Part shown: positions 58,501-64,000 of the stretch, in pieces
Layout of the letters: every line of letters starts with the position of its first letter
How positions within the stretch are numbered: position 1 is the first letter of the stretch
Notes under the pieces: generated by a model
What the model saw: the letters and a program-made list of their open reading frames with translations, nothing else
What the model was told of the DNA's origin: nothing
The model's database searches: none
Translations under genes and position numbers: made by a program
DNA from: an uncultured Candidatus Binatia bacterium
Lineage (GTDB): Bacteria; Desulfobacterota; Binatia; Bin18
Assembly (NCBI GenBank): GCA_965200965.1
Contig: OZ241744.1
Span: forward strand, 864,001 to 928,000
Length of the DNA stretch: 64,000 nt
Direction of reading: 5' to 3'

Positions 58501-59105
58501 GAGCCGACCGACAGGCCGAGGGTATGGAAAATAGGGCCCATCCACTGCACGTCGCGGCGGGCCAGATAGTCGTTGACGGTTACCAGGTGCGCACCGCGAC
58601 CGAGCAGCGCGTTGAGATACAACGGCAGGGTAGCAACCAGCGTCTTGCCCTCGCCGGTCTTCATTTCGGCGATGCGGCCCTGGTGGAGCACCATGCCGCC
58701 GATGAGTTGACAATCAAAATGGCGCATGCCGGTGACCCGCCGGGAGGTCTCGCGGACAAGGGCAAACGCCTGGGGCAGGAGGTCGTCAAGGGCCTGAGCT
58801 TCGGCCTCGCGCAGTTCCTTTTCGGTCTTCTCGCAGTCCTCTTTGAGGTATTCCTGCTCCTGCGGCTCTTCTTCCTGCTTAAGCCGGGCTTGGGCGTCGG
58901 CCAATTGGTCGCGCAGGGCTTGGGTGGCGGTTTTGACAGACGCCCGAAACTCATCGGTTTTGGCACGCAGCTGGTCTGGGCTCAAGGCTTCCATTTCTGG
59001 CTCAAGCGCGTTTATCGCTCCAACCAGCGGCCGCATTTTCTTGAGCTGTCTGTCGTTACTGCTGCCGATGACCTTCTGAAACAAGGTTTTCCACGACATC
59101 GTCAT
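55530..59105 (-). CDS. secA: Preprotein translocase ATPase SecA with large helical insertions
   Basis: [33 protein letters not shown]-terminal [13 protein letters not shown]. Confidence 0.97.
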   Translation of the reverse strand: MTMSWKTLFQKVIGSSNDRQLKKMRPLVGAINALEPEMEALSPDQLRAKTDEFRASVKTATQALRDQLADAQARLKQEEEPQEQEYLKEDCEKTEKELREAEAQALDDLLPQAFALVRETSRRVTGMRHFDCQLIGGMVLHQGRIAEMKTGEGKTLVATLPLYLNALLGRGAHLVTVNDYLARRDVQWMGPIFHTLGLSVGSIVHDTSFVFDPGHVVKDYRFLKLRPVSRRDAYRADVTYGTNNEFGFDYLRDHMKFSNEEHAQGELAFAIVDEVDNILIDEARTPLIISGPAEESTEKYYALNRVIPRLQKDLDYAIDEKQRNATLTEEGVSKVERILGVKNLYDPSEIGTLHHVNQALRAHALFRRDVDYVVKDGEVVIVDEFTGRLMPGRRWSDGLHQAVEAKEGVRIREENQTLATITIQNYFRMYHKLGGMTGTADTEAVEFKKIYSLDVVVIPPNKGLSRQDFPDVVYKTEREKFQAVADDIAECHQRGQPVLVGTVSVEKSERLSKLLKKKRIRYNVLNAVNHEAEANIIAQAGRFGAVTIATNMAGRGTDILLGGNPEFLARVEIEKTWLKKTAPAQTRTKSYEESLEELRETYNEALTRAHQQYEPGWKPHEEARNAALSRLSETYRPFLHAALQKARADYQAATAQLDFVAGSPAAGVLQHYTQVCGRYEHALSEYDKVVGPSLPEERREEYETVCADYAGLLAEGISPQAAERLAVMRDRYERVLDEYSRAIVRVVEITLSDNGEVSQQFEQAQRAYQEAQQAYDRADQLYEEKRKPYEAAVAEAEQMYEEQRRERVKVVEEVREQLEKSPDIYQHAFDTALATYQATCAQERDKVVAVGGLHILGTERHEARRIDNQLRGRAGRQGDPGSSRFYLSLEDDLLRIFGAERIQSIMDRLGMEEGEPIEHGMVSKAIENAQGRVEARNFDIRKHLLEYDDVMNKQREVIYEQRRAFLAGDNLSAEVLAMIEDMVEKTIQLYLSEDLPPEEWDWKALDDALFRQFNFRLSLSEEDQHTADPDSLSETLRDKVLTIYREREEAFTPPVLRYLEKVILLQTTDALWKDHLLSMDHLKEAVGLSGYGQKNPLQEYQKEGFALFEQLHDRMRAEVVEKLFTVQIAHQEDVQKMEARQAQPRRPLSMSHGQEPPPAPTGQVRRNEPKVGRNDPCPCGSGRKYKKCHGA

Positions 59106-59192
59106 CCCCTCAGTGCTGTGTTGGTATAAGCATAGCACATTCTGCCACAAAGCAGGATCAGGCCCATACTATGCGGCTCCACTTTCTACGGG

Positions 59193-59223
59193 CAAGAGCA
59201 TGGACAAGAGCATGGACAAGAGC
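59193..59223. repeat. 12-bp tandem repeat (about 2.6 copies) in the secA / L,D-transpeptidase divergent region
   Basis: CAAGAGCATGGA CAAGAGCATGGA CAAGAGC. Confidence 0.75.
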
Positions 59224-59246
59224 GGAGGTCTCACAAGGGCCTGGGC

Positions 59247-59996
59247 GTGCAGTTGCGACGGCCGGGCTTTTATCGCTACAATTCAGCGGTGAGCCTCCAG
59301 CGCCCAGACCGGACACCGCACTGTCTCTGCGGCTCGGCCCCGTCTCCGGGCCTCGGTGGTCGGCCGGCCCCTACGGCTGGGTGGGCCGTGTTGGCGGGTC
59401 TGCTTTTGGGTCTGTGGAGTTGTTCGGCTCCACCGCCCCCCGGCTTCCCGCCTCCGTCCCACATTCCGGCCCCGCCTCCCACCACCCCACCCGCGCCACC
59501 ACACCCGCCGGAACGGCTCGATACTGACTATGTCCTGCCCTGGGCGACGAAGGAAAAAGTTTTTCTGGTGGTTGATAAGGGCTGCCGGCTGCTGCGGATG
59601 TATCACTACGGTCGGTTGGTCCGCAGCTATCCGATAGTGTCTGCGCGTCGGGACGGACGCAAGCTGTACGAGGGCGACAAACGCACGCCGCTTGGCCTGT
59701 ATATGATTATTGACAAACGCCGGCACCCACGGTGGGCGCATTTCATGCTGCTGGATTATCCGAGTTCGTCCGATGTCGTCCGCTATCGTCACCACCTCAA
59801 AAATGGCCGGATTCCGCGCCGCAACGGCAGCCACCCAGGCCCGGGCGGCGAAATTGGTATTCACGGCACCAGCTATAGCGACCTGAACAAGGCCGGGGTC
59901 AACTGGACGATGGGCTGCATCTCGCTATTTAATCCAGATATCCGGGAACTGTACCGCGCAACCCCTGAAGGAACCCTGGTGTACATCAGGGAGTAA
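59247..59996 (+). CDS. L,D-transpeptidase family lipoprotein (start uncertain)
   Basis: LWSC lipobox, Pro-rich linker, EGDKRTP.G, IGIHG, WTMGCI. Confidence 0.88.
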   Translation: MQLRRPGFYRYNSAVSLQRPDRTPHCLCGSAPSPGLGGRPAPTAGWAVLAGLLLGLWSCSAPPPPGFPPPSHIPAPPPTTPPAPPHPPERLDTDYVLPWATKEKVFLVVDKGCRLLRMYHYGRLVRSYPIVSARRDGRKLYEGDKRTPLGLYMIIDKRRHPRWAHFMLLDYPSSSDVVRYRHHLKNGRIPRRNGSHPGPGGEIGIHGTSYSDLNKAGVNWTMGCISLFNPDIRELYRATPEGTLVYIRE

Positions 59997-60102
59997 GTGC
60001 GATTTCACATGAGATATGCGCCTTACACATCCGAAGAATCGTGGGATTATATCAAAACAGGATGTGACGCTTGAGCTGTTTCACGCGAAACACCGGCCTG
60101 TC

Positions 60103-60855
60103 CTATGCCATGACCTGTCCGCCGCACACCAACAGGTATTCGCCGGTAATAAAACTGCTCAGGTCAGAGGCAAAAAACAGGGCTGCATTAGCCGTGTCTT
60201 CAACCGTTCCGGTTCTGCGCAGCGGCACTTGTTTTTCGTGCCTGGCCTGGGCCTCTGGAGTCAGCCTGGCCCTCACCTCTTGGGTCAGGGTCAGACCCGG
60301 GGAAACGATATTGACCGTGATATTGTAGGGGCCGACCTCGACCGCCAGGTTGCGGGTAAAACCCAGCATCGCGGTTTTGGCCGATGTGTAGCCGTGGTAG
60401 GACGGGCCGGGTTGGTGGATGCCGATGGTACTGACACTGATGATGCGTCCCCAACGGCGCGCTTTCATGCCTGGCAGAACAGCTTGGCAACAGACAAAGG
60501 CCGCTTTCAGGGTGGTGTCGATCTGCTCTTGCCACTCGGCCCAACTGCTATTGACAAACGACGCGCGCGGCACCCCGGCCGCATAATTGCTGACCAGAAT
60601 GTCAAGCTGCCCAAAAGCTCGCTCGGCCTTGGCCAGCATGTCAGCGACCTGGGTCGCATCGGTAATATCGGCTTTGACAAAAAGGGCCTGGCCGCCCACG
60701 GACTCAATCTCATCAAGAACGTGTTGGGGGTTGCCCTCGTCCCGCACCTGATTGATCACCACCTTGGCCCCGGCCTGGGCAAAGACCCGGGCAATACCGG
60801 ACCCTGTTCCCCGGCACGAGCCGGTGATGAGCGCAACCTTCCCCGCTAACAGCAT
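60103..60855 (-). CDS. SDR oxidoreductase (FabG-like)
   Basis: TGSCRGTG, YTSAK, VNIVSPG. Confidence 0.88.
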   Translation of the reverse strand: MLLAGKVALITGSCRGTGSGIARVFAQAGAKVVINQVRDEGNPQHVLDEIESVGGQALFVKADITDATQVADMLAKAERAFGQLDILVSNYAAGVPRASFVNSSWAEWQEQIDTTLKAAFVCCQAVLPGMKARRWGRIISVSTIGIHQPGPSYHGYTSAKTAMLGFTRNLAVEVGPYNITVNIVSPGLTLTQEVRARLTPEAQARHEKQVPLRRTGTVEDTANAALFFASDLSSFITGEYLLVCGGQVMA

Positions 60856-60882
60856 ACGCCCTCCGTGTCTGAAGATGCAGAT

Positions 60883-62037
60883 TTATCTTCCGGGCTGGAG
60901 GCCAAGGCCGCGGGTAGCCATGATGTTGCGCAGCACATTGCTCGTTCCGCCCTGGATTGTATACGCCGGCGCATAAAGATATTCGCGGGCCGCCCGCCCG
61001 GCTAAACGGGCCGCGGGGGAGTCTGGCATGAGGACCGCATAGTCACCGAGCAAACCGCTGACGGTATCGGCGATACGCTGCTCAAGCTCGGTGCAGTAGC
61101 ACTTGGCCATGGCCGCTTCATAGTTTGGGACCCCGCCCTGGGTCAGCATCCAGGCCACTCGGTAGACCATTGAGCGGCCAAGTTCCAACTCAATGTGGAG
61201 CTCGGCCAGCCTGTTGCGCACCAGCGGATCCGAGGCTTGGCCGGTCTGCCTGGCATAGGCGACCGCATCGCGAAACAGGGGATAATTGCTGAGCAGGCGT
61301 TCAATCCCACTCCGTTCGTAGTCGAGTTGGGAGGCGATCTGATACCAGCCGCGGTTCTTCTCGCCAATCAGCCACCCTTGGGGGACATCTACATTATCAA
61401 AAAACACCTCGTTAAAATGGTGCTCGCCAACGATATCGACCAAAGGCCGCACGTCGATCCCGGGCGTCTTCATGTCAACCAGGAACTCGCTGATGCCCTT
61501 ATGCTTTGGTGCCTCGGGATCGGTCCGGGCGACCAGATAGGCGTAGTCTGCCACATGGGCAAAACTGGTCCAGATCTTTTGACCGGTCAGCGAGAAGTGG
61601 TCCCCCTCTTCAACCGCCCAGGTTCGCAGCGAGGCCAGGTCAGAGCCCGAGCCGGGTTCGCTCATACCGAGACAGAACACGATCTCACCCCTGGTCACCC
61701 GTGGCAGGATCGCCGCTTTTTGCTCCTCGCTGCCGTAGGCCAGCAGCGCCGGACCAACCTGCCGGTCGCCGAGCCAGTGGGCAGCGACCGGCGCGCCGGC
61801 CCGCAACAACTCCTCGGTCAGGATCAGGCGATCGATATAGGTTTTTTCTTGTCCCCCATACTGCTTCGGCCAAGTCAGTCCGATCCAGCCCCGGGCACCG
61901 AGCTTTTGCGAAAACTCCCGCGAGAAACCCGTAATCCAGCCGTCCTCAAGCGGCGTGTGATCGGCCAATTCGTAGGCGAGAAAATCGCGGACTTCGGTCC
62001 GAAACGCTTCTTGTTCACCGGTCAGCGCAAACTCCAT
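60883..62037 (-). CDS. Acyl-CoA dehydrogenase
   Basis: MSEPGSGSDLA, GQKIWTS, IQGGTS. Confidence 0.92.
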   Translation of the reverse strand: MEFALTGEQEAFRTEVRDFLAYELADHTPLEDGWITGFSREFSQKLGARGWIGLTWPKQYGGQEKTYIDRLILTEELLRAGAPVAAHWLGDRQVGPALLAYGSEEQKAAILPRVTRGEIVFCLGMSEPGSGSDLASLRTWAVEEGDHFSLTGQKIWTSFAHVADYAYLVARTDPEAPKHKGISEFLVDMKTPGIDVRPLVDIVGEHHFNEVFFDNVDVPQGWLIGEKNRGWYQIASQLDYERSGIERLLSNYPLFRDAVAYARQTGQASDPLVRNRLAELHIELELGRSMVYRVAWMLTQGGVPNYEAAMAKCYCTELEQRIADTVSGLLGDYAVLMPDSPAARLAGRAAREYLYAPAYTIQGGTSNVLRNIMATRGLGLQPGR

Positions 62038-64000
62038 TCTGCTCTCTCCTCTGCGGCAATCAGCTCCTCAGTGTCCCGCGAGCAGCGCACATGCAGATCA
62101 AGTGGACTATCCTCGTCAAAGTCCTGGGCCAGAATCCAGGTCTGCTCGATCTCGTCGCTGATGCGGGGCAGGACGGCCAGGGTTTGACGCCGGCGCTCAG
62201 CGTCAAAAAAGGCGAACGGCTCGTCCAGTATGAGGCACTCTTCACCCTGGACGGTCGAAGAAATCAGGGCTTGGGACAGGGCTAAACGGACCGCCAGCAT
62301 GAGCTGCGCATAGGCACCGCCAGAAATTTCGCTCAGGCTCACAAAGTCCTCCTTTTCCTGAGAGAGCGCCCGGATGTTCAAGTGTTCATCAACCCGGACA
62401 TTGGCATACCGCCCCTCGGTCAACAGCGGCACGAGCCGACCAGCCACTTTTTGCAGTTCCAGATCGAAGACGCCGAGCAGACGCGGATGGGCGCTGTCGA
62501 GCAACTGTCGGGCAGCTCGGCGCACGGCAATGTTTCTCAGCCGGTTGCCGCGCTCTTTTTCCAGATCAGTAATGTGTTGCCTAATCTGCTCGGCCGTCTC
62601 CCGGCGAGACTGCTCATGCATAATCTCCTGGTCCAGGCGTTCAAGCTCTTGGCGTCCGGCCTCAATCTGGTCCGTATAGTGTTTGACCTCGGCCTCAAGC
62701 CGTTCCTGGGTCTGGCGCACCGTCTGTTCATTCTCGGCCAGCGCATCGCGCAACGCGGCAAGCCTGGCGCGGACGCCGTCTTCCGTCGCCAGGGGTGCCC
62801 CCTGCCCTTCGGCAAAGCCGGCGACCGAAGCCGACAGCGGATCGTCATCAAGCGTCCGCAAGGCTGCCAGTTGCTCGGCCAACGGCAGTTCTTCAACCCG
62901 GTCCAGCGTTTGCATTTCACGGCGGACCGCATCGCCCTGCAACTTGACCCGGGCGAGTTCCTGCCGACGGCAGACCACATCGGCCGCCCGGAAGGTGGCA
63001 AGCACCAGAAAAACAAAAGCCAAGCCGCCGGGACCGAGCGCGTAGACAGTCTGCCCCAGCAACAGGACGCCAACCGTAGCTGCTATGCCCAGCGTACCGA
63101 GCCCGAGCATAAGCATTCGCCGGCGGCGGGCGGCGGTCAGTTGATCGCTCAGCGTCGCCCGCCGTTCGGCCAGGGGTCTGAGGTCAGAATCGGCCGGGCC
63201 GGGCCGCTCGTCTTCGCTCACTAACCAGGCCTGACGCGCGCGCCAAGCCGACAGACAGCGCTGGACCGGGCCAAAAGCCGCCAGTTGGTCCTCCAACTCG
63301 GCCAGCCAGGAGTTCAGCCCAGCGCCGGCCGTTGCCTCGGCCCCGGCAGCCTGATAGGCAGCGGCCAACTCCTGTTTTGTCGCCTTCAGGCTCTGTTCAA
63401 TATCGCGCCAGCCGGCCAGCGAGCTGTGCGGACCGGTTCCGGCGATGCGCTCACCCTGCGCTGCAACCCGCTCGCCAGCGGCCCGCAGCGCGGCTGAGGC
63501 ACTTGTCCGGCGGCGAATACCGGCCTCAGCCTCGTTCACCCTATCCAGCCGAGACCGACGTTGGGTCTGGAGTTGGCCCAGCACCATGTCTTCAATATCC
63601 AGGTCGGCCAGCTGTCGCTGAGCTGTGCTGATCTTGGCTTCAAGCGGAATGAGGGCGTCTTGAGCCGTCCGAATCTCGGCTTCGCACTCCGCGGCGATAT
63701 TGTTAAAGGTCTGAATGCCAGACAGGGCCTTAACTGTCTGTTCCAGCACACCAGGCGCGACTACATTCCGCTGGGCCAGATAGAAGGAATCCACAAAATG
63801 CCGATAGGTAAAACCGCCGATCTGGACAATCGCTTCATTCACCGCCTCCAGGCCACGCGCCAGGGGACTTGCCGCCCTGTCCCGGGCGAGCTGGGCGGCG
63901 CAGGTACCATCGGCCTCAAACTGGCGGCTGACCGTATAGGTGTCACCGCCCCGGACCCTGAAATCCACCCATAGCGCGCCCGAGAACTGGCCCCATTTGA
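62022..64000 (-). CDS. SMC/SbcC/YhaN-like ATPase with central TM pair (5' end outside window)
   Basis: Long coiled coils, YLAQ Q-loop, ISGG signature, LILDEPF Walker B. Confidence 0.8.
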   Translation of the reverse strand, partial: KWGQFSGALWVDFRVRGGDTYTVSRQFEADGTCAAQLARDRAASPLARGLEAVNEAIVQIGGFTYRHFVDSFYLAQRNVVAPGVLEQTVKALSGIQTFNNIAAECEAEIRTAQDALIPLEAKISTAQRQLADLDIEDMVLGQLQTQRRSRLDRVNEAEAGIRRRTSASAALRAAGERVAAQGERIAGTGPHSSLAGWRDIEQSLKATKQELAAAYQAAGAEATAGAGLNSWLAELEDQLAAFGPVQRCLSAWRARQAWLVSEDERPGPADSDLRPLAERRATLSDQLTAARRRRMLMLGLGTLGIAATVGVLLLGQTVYALGPGGLAFVFLVLATFRAADVVCRRQELARVKLQGDAVRREMQTLDRVEELPLAEQLAALRTLDDDPLSASVAGFAEGQGAPLATEDGVRARLAALRDALAENEQTVRQTQERLEAEVKHYTDQIEAGRQELERLDQEIMHEQSRRETAEQIRQHITDLEKERGNRLRNIAVRRAARQLLDSAHPRLLGVFDLELQKVAGRLVPLLTEGRYANVRVDEHLNIRALSQEKEDFVSLSEISGGAYAQLMLAVRLALSQALISSTVQGEECLILDEPFAFFDAERRRQTLAVLPRISDEIEQTWILAQDFDEDSPLDLHVRCSRDTEELIAAEERAEWSLR

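Overview
GC-rich bacterial chromosome segment. Gene content and a recognisable secreted-protein domain suggest a Binatota/'Desulfurellaceae'-like deltaproteobacterium, possibly sponge-associated (inference). Left arm: gatA/gatC, yraN, serS and a Rieske/cytochrome b6-type operon with an octaheme cytochrome c, a cupredoxin-like protein and two unannotated small membrane ORFs. At about 10.8 kb there is a XerC/D dif-like site where strand composition appears to flip, so this is probably the replication terminus. Next to it is an AT-rich islet of pseudogenes carrying a repeated TGACTATAGTCA palindrome. Further right: coxD/coxE, a pterin-synthesis cluster interrupted by an AT-rich insert with DnaA boxes, tRNA-Ser(TGA), acyl-CoA dehydrogenases, a frameshifted phage-like family-A polymerase, ilvD, two type IIG-like restriction-modification fusions (one coupled to a SIR2-like gene), an orphan methyltransferase, a SelW/Rdx selenoprotein missed by the ORF track, several catabolic enzymes, argJ, a SecA with a very large helical insertion, an L,D-transpeptidase and a partial SMC-like ATPase. 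No CRISPR array, rRNA or transposase was seen.
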